A DNA stretch of 63,247 nt, the filler included, from Sphacelaria rigidula (Eukaryota): the NCBI GenBank assembly GCA_964200075.2. It is 5 parts of 5 records of this genome, joined end to end, with 100 filler letters (N's around TTAATTAATTAA, not from the genome) between each part and the next. Parts side by side here need not be neighbours in the genome. Positions count along the whole stretch, not along the records: positions 38,013 to 50,580 come from CAXNAA020003618.1; positions 50,681 to 63,247 come from CAXNAA020003619.1; 3 more parts are not named here. One strand, 5' to 3'. The translations under genes and the position numbers were made by a program. This document shows, piece after piece, positions 40,196-53,817 of this stretch. Below the pieces are notes generated by a model that was given only the letters and a program-made list of their open reading frames with translations, ran no database searches and had not been told where the DNA came from. The first letter of the stretch is position 1, and each line of letters starts with the position of its first letter.

Positions 40196-43100
40196 CTGCT
40201 TCACACTCGTATTGTTTGCCGCAAGCTGCTTGAGCGCCTGAAGCACCCAAGCCAACGTGGATGGGTCCTCCTTGAATGCTCGTGCTGCCTCTAGCAGCAA
40301 CAACACCACGTCCTCGCTGACCAGGGCTCTGATATTGTCGTATGTTCCTTCAGATATAACAAGAAGAAAAAAAATCAAAATGTGACGGACTAACGATTAC
40401 TACACCAAAAATGGAAACCTTCTCGTCAAGATGTCCTTGGTATATTCAGCGGGGAAAAGACTGAGAAAACACATGTAGGTTGAGATGTAACGAACGTGGG
40501 CGAACAATTCAATTTAAAAAACAAACACATGAGCTTGTTCAACCCTTTTGGAACCCACTGACGATCTTGTTTTCGTGAATCGGCATCATTTTGACTCGAA
40601 AAATGACTGAGAAAGATGCCGATTAAAAAAAAAATCGCCAATGGGTTCCAAAAGCGTTCAAAAGAGCCCATGTATTCGACAGTGCTTTTTACTCCCCCCA
40701 GATTTTTTTATGGGGCTAAGCAAACCCATATCGATAATGAACCCCCTTTGCCATAGGCACAATGGCGTAGACCAGCATGTCTTGCAGTACATTTCAAGAA
40801 CAAGAAAATCGCGCTCCTAGATGTCGGAACGATTTCAGAACATGAATTTCAAACCCTTTTTTCATTTCGAACTAGAGAAATTTTACAGCTCAGATGCAAG
40901 GTCGTTTAATATATTAGTCTTGGGATAATTTTCACAGAATTTGTGTTCTAGTGCCTGCATGGGTAGCGTCAAGGCTAGCGCGGGGCTCGTTCCGTTCTTG
41001 TTTTTTTTGCTCTCAATATGAAATTTGGTGTTGGGGGTCGCGATGGCGATGTTCTTGACCTTACGTATCAATCAAGAGCGTACGACAAATGATGGGAGAC
41101 GAAAATAGAACTACCCCACGTGCACATGACCTCATGGGAACGTAGATACCTGAAAAGTCTTTTCGGCGGTCATCTCCCATGGTGACTGAACGTAACACTC
41201 CGCACGTCTCCTTGGTCACCACGGCGTTTTTCGAGTCCCCCGACCCGAAACGCTCGAGCGCAGTCGTCACAATCAGCGCACCTTGATGTCGCATGAAGTT
41301 TCCTGGTGTAACAGAAAAAAGGTACAGCTGGTGACAATAGTTATAAGGTACAGTCAACGGTGAGCTCCGTGGTCAACCAAGGGACGAAGGATTCCAAACC
41401 ACTCATCGATTGCGGTCTGTGGCTCAACTATATCGCGGACTGGCAAACGTTCTCCTTCTGAAGAAGCGGGAGAATCCTCAGGACGCGCAAGCGTCATTGC
41501 CTGCGGCAAAGATTGAACAAAAACCTTTTTCCATCATGGAAACCAGCGTACAAGGGTGACTTTCAACAAGCATGGGGTAGAGAGCCACCGCCCATGCCAA
41601 GATACCCAAAATTTCGGGGTGACGGTGTCGCCTGATATCATTGTTCGAACTCACTTTTCTCGACAACAGTACTCACGGCGGGGATACCCAATTGCATATT
41701 ATTGGCAATATCTTGTTGAGACCTGCTCCTTCGCCACTGCAGGCTCTCGACGCTTTACGCAACCAAGCTTAGGAAATGATGCACATCAGGGGGTGCAATA
41801 TTCCCAAGCTTCACGGTACATGGCGGGCAGGCACAACAGGATTGAATCACACTTGAGGCTCTTTGGACCGCGAGTTCTCCAACAGCAGGCGAACGATATG
41901 TCAACAAATCTACGACATACAAAAAACTGTAGCTATTCGACGAAGTGAAAGTGTTTGGCGTGACTTGAAAGATTATCGGGTACGCTATTGGGGAATACCC
42001 GACGATGAAGGTAGACTCCCGAACACAAAACGTGAGCAAGAAGGATGTCAGGCTAGATGTAGGTGAAGACGATCACGGTAAGCGCCATTTGGTCAAAGTA
42101 GATCACACAAGGCGGAGCTGTAAGCTCGAAGTGCGATGTCGCATGAACATCCCTTGATTGATTGATCGATTGATTGATTGTCGCACTTCAGGGATCCAGC
42201 CATGGTCTCATGATAGACGTACCCAAGAACACGAGACTGAGACACGCTCTGAAGAAAAGGAGGAACAGAAAGAAAAAAGAAAAAGTCGAACAGAACGACA
42301 TAGCAGACTAAGTCGTAACAAAAAAAAGGAATAGAAAAGTAATATCTCATGCAGCGGTACAATATGGTACACTGCAAGACATGAAAGCTGGGTACCATAG
42401 CCAAGTGTGGAGCCGGAAGAAACACATCAAAGAAACAAAAAAAGGAGTGGCAGACCGAATAGTAGGCTTCCCAGTGCATGTCGACGAGGGTACACCCGAT
42501 ATTCTGGTATTTTGACAACGTGCAGATCCGATTCATGCCCACAGCAGCAGCCAGCCTAGTGCATTTGTTCCCCCCTCGAAAGCCCATACAGGTCATTGTG
42601 ACTGACTTGGGCAGGTAATGTGCGACGTTTCAACATACAGAAATATCGGGTACACTCTACCCGACACGTCTATGGGAGGTTTCTTCTCACATTACATACA
42701 CATGTAAACATATACCGCGAGATATCGCTGTCGTGCCGTCACCTTTGTTGTTCTCAGTTTTTGTGCAGACCACCCTCACCAGCCTCAGCCCTGCTTCTGC
42801 TATCCCCGCACAGTCATTTTCCAGCGCTCGCGCGATCAAGCAGTTTACCTTCGAATATGGTGTCCGGTGTCGCGTGTCAGCGAAAGCGCACATTCAGGTA
42901 TTACTTTGAAGAGCAGTCATCGTGCAAATAACAAGAAGCAATCAAGGGAAAGTGCCGCCCGATATCATATCCCGCGCGTAGCGATGATCCATCAGTCGTA
43001 TTGAAACAACGGTACAGTTACAGCACTTGACGGTTTACAACGTACCGAAGGAAAAAGAGTCATCCAACTCGACATCCCAGAAAAGGGAAAGGTAGACCAT

Positions 43101-46100
43101 ATCTTACGTTGAGAAGCAACACTGGGCATACATGGCCATATGGAGGTACGTTTTTTTTCCTGTCCCGTTCGTTCCTTTCTTCAGATCGTGTTTCAGTGTT
43201 GTTTTTGTTGGGTACGTCTATCATGAGACCACGGCTGAACCCCTGGGGGGTCACTTAAAGTCCGACAATCGATCAAATCAAGTTCATCACGCGAGCGACG
43301 ATGATACCGAAGCATGCAGCTCACGCTTGCTGGGTTGATGAAAATGGGGAAGACCGCCAGTGAATAATCCCTTCTACGAAAATATGATCGCGGACAAGAA
43401 TTATAGCCGTAGGGGCTGTAGCTCGCGAAAAGGACTGCAATTGAAGGGGTACACTATCGCTCGGTATATGTACATTCTCCTTCCGTTCAGCAGCGTCTTC
43501 ATCTCGTACACACCGTGTCCACTTTGTGCGGCACAGAGGCACACCTGTGCCATATTGGTGGAGATGAAGGCATCGCGATTTCGCTCGTGGTTCCGGCAGG
43601 CGTCCTTGAGAGTCGCGAGGGCCGCTACCAAAACGCTAGTCTCCGCAGATCTGTCGGCTTTTCCTACCATCTCTTCTCCACCTACCAACAGCTGGGCAAT
43701 CACGTCTATGCCACCCGTCTGTGGGAAAATAAATCGAGACGGGCAAACCCAGACAAAGCAAAGCAGCACACGAGAGGGCAGCGATTGGTGTGTCGGTTTA
43801 TTTGAGCTTCGTTGACGGGAGGGTCTTCTAGTCGCACGACAAACCGTTCCTGCCCGCAGCAGCTATATATCTCACGTGACACCCAACCCTCGGTGTGCAA
43901 GGCAGTCGCTTCGAAATGTGCGGAATGATGCACGAAACCACGGGCACGAGACGCGTATCTTTGCTTGCCAGCTATTGCCCATGATAACAGTGTGTACTGC
44001 AAACGTGTTACTGTTTGTGTCACGTTGACCGATCTGCTGCGGATCCAGACGTAGGCACAACACATTCCCGAGACAAAACTATCGTAGGCACTCGCTGGCT
44101 CTAATACGGTGTTCGGGTCACAAGAGCCGCAAGATGAGGCTGCTACCGCGAAAACCGTCGGCAAATGATACCGGGGATCGAGAAGAGGGCGGGGGAGTTC
44201 AAGGAGGTGCGGCGACGGGGATATTCTCACAACTGAGACCGACGCCACAAGCTGGAGGCTGTTGCCCGGAGAGCCGCTGAACATAACTCTGACATCGCTG
44301 GCACAGCAACAACAGCGACCCGCCAGAACGTTTAGACGGAAAATGATCGCGAGAGTTGCCCATATGCCTCAGACTAGGGATAAGAAGTCGAGGGCGGAAG
44401 GGTATACTCATGATCTTGCACACCGTGGTCATGAGGCTGTTGACCTCGCATTGACCTCGCATCCCTACAAGGCCGGGACGGAGCACGCCAGGTTTTCGTT
44501 GAACCAGGCTGGCAATCACTAGGCTCGAAGCGCCCTGATATGATCGGCGAGCCGCATGAAAGGTGGGCTCAATCCTGCAAGGGTTGTTCGGCCCGAAGCG
44601 TGCTGATTATCTTGCATGGATGACAGCCTCGAATGATTTGCCTCAGTTTCTGGTATCGTCACTTCCAGATACAGCCGCAGGTTACATACTTCCACAGTGG
44701 CGTCTCATCATAAGATGGGGAGGGGGGGTAACACGTATTTTGTGATGGTGCCTTCGCCTGCTAATTTTATATTCTTGTCACCTGGACCGTAGCTCTAGCG
44801 ATAATCCTTAGCGTTGTTCCCTGATCAGGTATTGCTGTATTACTCGGTGCCTTCTCTTACCTTCCTTCACCATTTTTTGCCATTTCTCTACTTGTTCTCC
44901 CCCCCTTTCACCCTCCTCCTCCTTTGTTTCTTCCAGCCCTCGCCTCTTCTTTCTTATTTCGTGTGACCTTCTCTGGTTTTCGCAGTGATATTGTTCGTGT
45001 CTCGACACAATAAAGCTACAAACTGGGCAGAAGACGATGCGGGGATTCGCCAGTACGGCCAGGTGGAGCTCACGACTTAGAGTTCGGACCTGAAATGTCT
45101 AGAGATGATTCGCAACGAGTTCGTCAAAACATCGTCATCACCTCTAATTTGCTTTGTCGCCAAGATACGACTAACTTGACGTTTCCCATAGGTAATATTC
45201 GGGGAATAAGTTGACGAAAATGGGGCGGGGGAGAAGGGGAGTGACGGATAATGTGTCGGCAAGTTCCTCGCAAACCACGTGTAGAAATTTCAGGTCACGA
45301 CTCTAAGGGATGGGCTGTTCGCCTGGCCATCGTCGCAGATACTTGCACCAAGATCGCTCCGCCCACAGACTGGCATACAAGCTGGGAAACACAGAAGTGT
45401 CGGCTATAGGTTTCGAACGACGAATCACGGAATTAGATCTTCGCCGTTTGTCTTCTCGCCTTGGGATGTACACGCCTAAAAAGGTTCTGAATGTTCGAAA
45501 TATTATCTACGGGGATTTTTTCAAAGGAACTTGTACAAGAACCTGATAGTGTAGTGTGAAATTGATATACAAATACGAAGATACGAGCTTCACGACACCA
45601 ACTTGCCGAGTCTAAAACTGAACGGCTGCGCGCGACCGTCTCAACTAAAATGGCAGGTTACAGTGATGTTCGAAAGATGCGACCATCTGGAACAGGTTTT
45701 CTTGGTCGGCTCAGCTTGTAGCTAGTGAGGATCCCTGCACAATCAATGTCATCCGCAAAAGACTGAGTAGCAACTTCCTCCACAACATTCCTTCTTGTAC
45801 AGCCACCTCACTCCAAGTCCTGCAAGGAGGCTTTCTGTTTTTTCCGGGACCCGTAATCACAGTATGGTGATTTGATGCTCTCATCTTACCTTCTCATTTC
45901 TTCTCACCTTCACTTACTCGCTCTGCTTGTGCCCTCTTTCCTTCTTCATTTTCGCCTACAACGGATCTCCTTCGGAGAGCGTTTCCGTCAACAGTAGGTG
46001 GCCCGATTCAGCAGCAAATAGTGTCAGGAGGAAAAATGCCGCTATTCAGGGCAATACCACTATTCCTCAGTAGCGGTATTCTTGCCACTTTGTTTTTTTT

Positions 46101-48997
46101 CCTCACACTTTAAACCCCTCCCCTTCCTCGGGATGAGTCCGTGGTCTCGAGGGATCAACCCATCTTTCCCCCGGTACGTGCCTTTCATTTTGGTCTCGCG
46201 ACTTGGGTCAGCACTCCCACACCGCGTCAACTCACGTCACACAAATGCAGTCGACTACTGTGTTAACTCACGTTCACACGCTTTCCACCGTGGAAATCAT
46301 ACATTACGAAGAAGGATCGAACCCCCGTTCTCTCCACCCTAATGGCGACAGTCGGACCATTACACCGCCGGGGCGCGGCGGTACTCTATGGGTGCGGTAA
46401 TAGCGGCAATTTTGCCGCTATAGGGAGAATTGGCTGTGTGTTGTCTTCGAGCGACAGCTGTTCCTGGAATCTAGTTCCCTGCGCGCTGTTGCGTAGTGGT
46501 GTGTGTTCTACTTCGGACGCGGTGTGTCGCCTCGTCGCAGTTTGGCATTCCCAAATTTATTTACAGCACTTTTATTGGTGTTCTTGTGTTGTGCATCCAT
46601 ATAGAGACGCTCCGATTTCTGCCCACCACGTTTACTGAGACGAATGTATACGCTGCTCGTCCAAGCCACACGAGAATTTCTATTGTCACAGCGAACCTTC
46701 GGTGTGACGAGAATTGAAACACAAGCATCCACAACGCGCAAGAGTAAAATGACACAGTAAAACGACGTAAAAGGGCCCGATGGTTGGAGAATGCCGCTAT
46801 TGCGGGGACCAAACACCCCCAAAATGCCGCTTCTGAGGGATGTGTCCTCAAAAGCGGCATTCTACCGCAATATCAGGTCGGAGCAGTGCCAAGGGATTTC
46901 GATGCCGCTTAACCGGACGTTCCGCTATTCAGGGCATCGCTATAACGGGCCACCTATTGTACTTGCCTTAGGATCGTCTATCTTGTGACCACGGTTCGAC
47001 TCGAAGCGGATCAGTGCGTGTGCCACAATCAAACGATCAATCGATCAAAGTCACTCAACAAAATTCTTGTAAGATACATGACAAGATGACGCAAAGGAAT
47101 AGTGTAGGGAAAAGGCGGAGGATACAAACAACAAAAAGAGTTCACTTATAGAAACGCGGGGCAAATGATTGCTCAGTCGAGAAAACGAGCCTATGATACC
47201 CTCCTAGAGTGAAGTGAGGACGGTCAAGCATTTTGACCCTCGCGTCCAGCGTCGGAAAAGGTTCACTGGCTGACCGTACAAATACATCCAGAGGCTCCCA
47301 GAGGGCGGAGGGAGCATGAGAGTTTTCTCTACATCACCTCAAGAGCTGACGAAGTCGACCATGCGCGTTCCGAGTCAGGCGACAACCGCGAAGGGAGGGG
47401 TGGTGGCCATTTTGGTTATATTTCCCTACAACACACTAGAACACCCATCTCGAATCCTAGTAATATTTTGTCCACTTTGGGTACCAACCACTCCACGACT
47501 GAAGCAAACAATAAAATCACATGCACTTTTCTCCTTTAAAGCAGGCCCTCATGCATTGGCTTGAGTTGTCACGCAGCTGCGCGTACTACTGTGACGTAGA
47601 ACACTATGCAAGCAGAGGCAGCCACTTATGAACACTGCTGGCTGCAAAAGATAGCGATGACACACAACAAAAATGAACCGTACTGTCTGCGTAATGCCTA
47701 CAGGCATCAAGTACAGCTGCATTGCAGTAGTGCAATACAGCAGCAGCAAGCAGACAGTACCGCGCTGGTGACTCAAAACAACGTCAAATGCAGTGCAACA
47801 TTTCAAGCATGATCAGGGTGTGTCGGCGTGGCCTCGAAGACAAAGACGGCGAAAGGATGGGTAGAGAGCACGTGGTTTGGGTATGTCGCAGCGATGGTGG
47901 GAGCAAGCGTGCACAGCTTTCAATGCATGAGCCAAATGAAATGGCAAAACCCGGGACATTTCCCATGGAGTTGGTTTTTAAAACCGGTCGTAGTTTCTCT
48001 ATATCAAGTATCTCACAATTCTCGACATCCACCAATGGTCCCACAGAAGCTCACCCACTGCCCAAACCTAAAAGTGCCATGGGCGATTTGAGGATATTTG
48101 GGAGGGGAGGGAGGGGGACGTCGCAGCCTCAAACGGTTAACGGAAGGCAACGCGACTCAACGCGGACCCTTCTTCATTTTTCTGGACGAGGCGCTTACAA
48201 CTCCTCGCTTGTCTCCACAAAACGTTGACCCTGATCCTTTCAACATGAAGCGGGCGATCCGTTCCAACACACAACACGTGAACATAGCCGGGAAACGAAC
48301 GACACAGTGTGAAATACCTCGATACTTGGAATTTACCCGTCGGCGCCGGATCCCATCAGATATACCCCAGGCGGACCACAAGAACCACGGAAAGCAGTTG
48401 TCAGTGGTGAACGTATCACGTCCGTCGGGGTTTTAAGAGGGCGCAGAAAACCCCGAATGGCGGTATTTAACGCGGTCTCGCGAACAGAGAGGAGCTGGAC
48501 AGTCGTAGCCCTGGGGTTATCGACGTTAACATCAATGGGTGGTGTTTCGAGAGGAGTGTACGGCGGCCAGCGGGCTGAGCGTGCAATTACCACACTACGA
48601 GCAAGGTATTTACTTTTTTTGCGGTATACAGGCTCCTTATATTTATTCGAATACATGGATATGCACACTACAGTGCCCCACGTCAGTAGTGGGATGCCGG
48701 GCTATATATACAGCGCATACAGACCTGCCCCCCCCCCTCCCCAAACGCGCGGAACTGTCTTTCTAAATATCACCTCTCCGACACAAGACTTGTGTTTGTC
48801 GTCGATGCCCTCATCCCCTCCCTCGTCGCACAGTTTAGAAAGCGCAGACAAGACCACGATACACTTTGCTGCAGCATCGGCACTATTGTGCCACCGAGCG
48901 CCCACTTCACGCAGGGTGTCGAGATGGGCGATGATGGCCGCCCTTGCACCCTTGCGTACGCCGTCCGCTGATGTATCCACTCGCGAAAGATCGGCAC
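40196..48997 (-). CDS. ARMC6: Armadillo repeat-containing protein 6-like, partial. Exons 48997-48774, 43718-43545, 42848-42743, 41302-41150, 40347-40196
   Basis: Five GT-AG exons join in frame (intron phases 0,0,1,1). The product GADLSRVD...ACRNHERNRDAF...VCTKTENNKGNFM...CGVLRSVTMGDDRRKDFSGTYDNIRALV...AFKEDPSTL...LKQLAANN parallels remembered ARMC6 motifs (GVDLSNI, HEQNRQ, LRVMTFDDDIR, LSRLAIRN). The first and last exons were not found on this contig. Confidence 0.8.
46083..46377 (-). mobile_element. tRNA-derived SINE-like element in an ARMC6 intron
   Basis: The minus strand begins GCGCCCCGGCGGTGTAATGGT (A-box-like) ...GGGGGTTCGATCC (B-box-like). The body matches about 38175-38300 (+) and about 34635-34770 (-). 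Possible TSD: GCGGTATTCT (46073-46082) and GCGGTACTCT (46378-46387). Confidence 0.7.
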
Positions 48998-50580
48998 CTG
49001 ATTGATAAATTGACTGAAAGATTGATTGTTTGTCGCACATATTGTGACCTGCTTCAAATCTACCCGTGGTACCAAAATGGGCGCAGGTTTCCTAGGAAAG
49101 TATGAGGGCGAAAAAACACTCGCCGAAGAAAACTCGAGCACAAAAATGGGGTGAAGAAGAACGTGACTTGAACAGAACAAGTAGCAAGAAACGTCAGACA
49201 AGAAAAACGCGTATGGCAGAAACAGGGCAAACGGTGTGAAGTCATATTGAGCCTGTAATAATAGGACGATTGCGACTGCTCCGTAGGGCAAATGTACAAT
49301 ACCAGTACAGCACAGTACAGTCAATACAGTGCAGCACTGCACAGTACGGTCAGTAGTGCCATGACCGGTTTACAGTAGTACAGTACCACTGACGGCATTC
49401 CACAGAATTGTCACCACTTTGGAACTGTCGCTGACCGTGACTTATCATCCATCATGATGCGGGGTGCTGTCAAATCCCAGACGTGGAACAAAAAGCAGAG
49501 CAAACTTCCTCGAAGCTGAGAAGAACAATGCCGGGCAAGGACGCCGCTGAAGCAGCTCTTGATGTTTTGCGGAGAACCAAACGTGCGCGGAAATGAGCAG
49601 GCGCTACTGCCTCGATGACCCTGCGGGGGTTTATCAGTGTCATATTGAACGTTTCAGAGCGAAAAATTGCGAGCGTCGCATTTTTGGGGGGTATGAACGA
49701 CTAGGAGTCAGAATGAGAGGCTTTTGGGATCTTGGCGTTGCGCCTCACAGTCGTCTTTCCAGTGCTATAGTTGTTTTTCAGGTGCTCCAGTAGTCCTCCG
49801 GGTGCTCCAGTAGCTCAACATTAACAGCTCGCGAGGAAGCTACGAAGGACGACAGAGTGGCTAGCTTTGTACCCGATTAGGGATGAGGTAGGGGAGGCGA
49901 GGTTGAGAATTAAAGTCATCTACCCCTTCTTGTCTTTCGGTTGTTGACGTTTTCCTTGGCGTGTGTTCTTGCGCTGTTCTTCGTTGTGCTCTTGTGCATG
50001 TTCTACTTTGTCCCTGCGTTTCATCGATCTTTTTCAGTCGATCAATCTCTCACTCTCTGCCGCTGTTTTGTCGTTCCTCTTCTCAATATTTTTCTCAACG
50101 TTATACAGCAGTTTGGTGTTTTACTCCCGTAGAGCTCGTCGGTGGAAGCTCGTGCCCAAATAGTATTCTTTATCAATCCGTCTTTCTCGCCTCTTTCTTC
50201 CGATGTCGAGTGTTATACAGCGGCGGTGGTATGCTTCCTACGAACTCGTGGGTCAAAGATCGTGCCCAAATAGTATGGAACAGAAAAGCTGGGCCTCAGC
50301 CTACTCCCACGGCTGCCATGTTTTGTTTCGTGTATGGGTGTGCGCCTTGAGTTGCACGGCTTTTCTTGCTTGAAGCCACGTTGCAGGGGCCAGCCATTTA
50401 TTGTGCTTTTGTTTCATTTCATTGCGACTAAGGGTGAACGAGTTTCTTTTTCCTACACGAACGTACCTATGTTTTTTAATTTGGATCTCTCAGGAGGGGT
50501 AGGGGACGAGACCCTCCCTCCCCCCCCGGCGCCCTCAAACGCCAAACAAACTCCCAAAAAACCGATCCCATAATAAATTG

Positions 50581-50680
50581 NNNNNNNNNNNNNNNNNNNN
50601 NNNNNNNNNNNNNNNNNNNNNNNNTTAATTAATTAANNNNNNNNNNNNNNNNNNNNNNNNNNNNNNNNNNNNNNNNNNNN
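50581..50680. other. Artificial contig linker
   Basis: N44-TTAATTAATTAA-N44. Confidence 0.98.
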
Positions 50681-52228
50681 ATAACGGGACTGACGTACGG
50701 CTGGAATACGACCTATCGCCCATATCACGCACATCGAGAACGCCTTCTATATAAGCGACTGATATCCGCCGTCACAGAAGCGGTGGCTTCAATGAAAGCT
50801 GTGACCTACACGATCAATTTGACACAACATCACTTGATCGCAACTACGTAGTCAATCCATTGCAACAAAAGATTCCCTCTATCAGGAAAACCCGATTGGT
50901 GCCTGAAACAGCTTTAGTTCCGAAACGCCCCCCCAGGCGTAAAAGTGCTTTGTGCTGTATCTCACTAACCAGACCGCCGAAATCCTCGAATGGGATACTG
51001 TACGGTAGCTGCATGCACAGCACGTGTGCTCAAGCAAAAAATAGAAAAAGAGTTTCCTGTTAGGAACGCTAGAGCATCCACCCTGAATCTGAAACTACCC
51101 TCTGAATCTCACGAATAGGGTCTTCCGAGCGCGTCACGGCGAGAAACCCAGTTGAGAAATAATATTTTGGCTTTCACCTCCTATCCGCGCCTAAGGCTTC
51201 GCATAATTCCGATTTTTGCGCCTAAATTCTGCGATTTTGAAGACGCATATTTTTGGTGGTGAAACGCATCGTGGGCATATCATGCACATAAATTGCGCAT
51301 ATAGCCTATGCGCCGCCTGCGGCCACTGTGCAGATGCCTTTGGAGGTGTTCCATGTGTCTATGTGGCATGACAAAACCGCATGTAGACTGGGTTGGACCA
51401 TGCCATGTTCGAGATTCAGAATCATTCTTTCGTCATAATACCGCACGCCTTTTTTTACGAACGTGTGAATGTAGGACATATGTATAGACAGCAGTATGAA
51501 AGTCCTTGACCGGTTTTGAGCCCGCAGTCAAGTGCATGCAAAGTCAGTAAAGTATGTAACAGTATGTCTGCGACGAGCACCTTTCAGTTTTCGTAGTTAC
51601 ATGCACGCTGCTGATGTCTCTGTTTCGTGTTTCACAACAACACTACAGACAGTGTGAAGGTATGCTGGCAACGCAAGAAGGGTCAGGTAGACCCGAAAGA
51701 CTGCGAGCAGAGTCTTTAGTTCCGAAAATCAATGGTCCTTGAGCTCTCCGGCTGTTCGTCGAACCCCCCTGCCTTCTGGAAACCCGTGAATGTTCCTGGT
51801 CTGTCAGCCGGTGAAACTGTTCCGAGGCGGATCTCAGCCGCGAAATAATACAACTGGGTACAGTAATCGATTTCAAGATTCAAACTTGTACCGGTTGTTC
51901 CTGGATGCGCCCTCACGAGTTTACACCCGTCCGTAGCCTACTACGGATCAATTCAGTCACACATGTTGAGTATTTTCGCTGGGTACGACGGCAAGAAACA
52001 GTGAGCCGGTATGTGACGGCCGACGCTACAGTAAAGCACAGTCACAGCAGGCTGTGGTAGCACACATTTTCGGTCTATTTTGACGTCGAGCTTACCTAGT
52101 ACAGTACTGCTGTATTTTGTGTGAAATCTACATAATATTATGTTCGCTTTGGTACACGCCAGTGGGAGCTACACATCTACCCAAGCTTGGCCAGCATTTC
52201 ATTTGGCGACGAGATATAAGATACTCAC

Positions 52229-52827
52229 GTGGTATTCGATACCGATGGAGCACCCGGGCTCTTCTTGGCGTTCTCAACGAGGTTCTTCGACACACCAGAC
52301 GCTCGTGTGAAAAACCGATTACACACCACGCCGTCAGAAGCATGCATTGACCCCATGTTTTTACCGGGTTTCTGATACGGCACGTGCTCTCGAACCCAAG
52401 CCAGTCTTGCTTTGCGCGCGACGACACGACTGAGGTCCTCTTGCTCCGACGCCAACCTCTAAGCATCAAGCGTCCCTTCAACGAACCGTTCAACAAACCG
52501 TAGACTGCGGCAGCACTCGAAACCTGATGCAAGCATATCTTGCAGCGCAATAGGCTGTGTGCAGAGAGTTGCACCTGCCACTGGAACGATCGACTCGAGA
52601 GGGGACTGCTCTTGCCTTCTTTTTGGAGTCAAGCCGCCCGTATGCCCACATGATTCGATGCTCCGCTCTGTGGGTTCAACCGAGGTCGCGAAAAGGAGGC
52701 GGCCCGCCTCTGTAATCGGCATAAACGCACGCCCCACACTGATTCCTCTGGTGCATGAGTGTTTGAGAGTAGGTGGTTCCAATACGTTTATGGTAGCATG
52801 GGCGGGGTGGTCATGTTTGGACAGCAA
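52229..52827 (-). pseudogene. Chapaev/CMC-like DNA transposase N-terminal exon with one in-frame TAG
   Basis: ORFs 52459-52827 and 52225-52455 are in the same frame: FECCRSLRFVERF...DA*RLASEQ...RKARLAWV...VVCNRFFTRASGVSKNLV. A Cys cluster followed by VCxxFFxxxxGxS is typical of Chapaev-type transposase N-termini. Donor GTGAGT at 52228. No DDE domain is visible before the contig edge. Confidence 0.5.
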
Positions 52828-53405
52828 CGACGATGTTGGCGTTGTTCCACGTTTAGATCAATCTTTGCGACATCACGTATCAACATGCGCTGACCGTCAG
52901 GATCCCGGGACAAATATTCTGTGGTCCTGTGTACAACTGACCATGTGCACCCGAAGCGTGATCAGAGAATGGGACACATGTCGACAAATATCGGAATCTT
53001 TAGGTCTTTTCACTTGCCTGCCTGGTGAGATTGTGTCAGTGGTATGGCACCTGACACGCGGCAAGTGGGTCACTATTCTACCGGAAGTGGAGCTCGTAAG
53101 AAAGACACCGTCGTACTATCTACTAAGATATTATCGAAGAATATGGCTTATTAGTACTCATGCGAGACTGATATGACCCAGATACGTTGTCGAATTCTGA
53201 GTACAGGTGGCGTTGTCGGTAAAGGTGGGTAACGTGTCCCGATCGTGACCTGCAACTAACCGCGATATTAGAATGTTCTCGCCGTCCCTTGCTCTACCCC
53301 CCTCCCCTCCACACCCCCCCCCCTCCCTAACACAACCCACTGCACTGCCGCGCGCAGGCTGCATACCAAACCAGTCAAGACGCAGGCAACCGTTGTTTCA
53401 GCCTA

Positions 53406-53817
53406 ATGGATTTCCCTGATGTCAGAAGTCAGCCCTCAGGGACAGTAGCGCCAGTACAGCGGAACATGACAACCCTTCTCATCAGCCACTACGTAGGTAT
53501 GTTTCCGATAAAGTTATCTCAAATCGCCGTGACGTCCCTCACCCGCGAGCTGAACCCTCGTGGAGTGGAGAAGGTCATCACTTCGTTGAAGTCAAAGGGG
53601 TGGCTCACGCACAATCCGCCAGCCATAGTGATGCCACATGAAGGTGTCCCGGAGGATGGAGGAATAACGTCGGAGTTTCCCTCTACGTGTCAGTTTCGCG
53701 TCTTGGAAGGAAATCATTGGATCTCCGCGGCCAGATCGATTTTCGAGCAAAATCACTGCGTGCCGTGTCGAGTGTATCATGAATTCGGGCCAGAGGTCAC
53801 GCGAATCCTTGGAGACG
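53406..53817 (+). CDS. Exon 1 of ParB-PHD-MTase-like gene: ParB/Sulfiredoxin-like N-terminal domain
   Basis: TRELNPRGVEKVITSLKSKGW...PPAIV...FRVLEGNHWISAAR...VPCRVY matches the ParB-N pattern (R..n...v..l..S...G...P.iV...dG.HR..A), with GxHR read as GNHW. Donor G|GTGAGT at 53818. Confidence 0.75.

Noticed and set aside
46305-46377. Functional tRNA gene
   Set aside because: Only A/B-box-like motifs are present, there is no clean cloverleaf, and it is attached to a dispersed repeat body.
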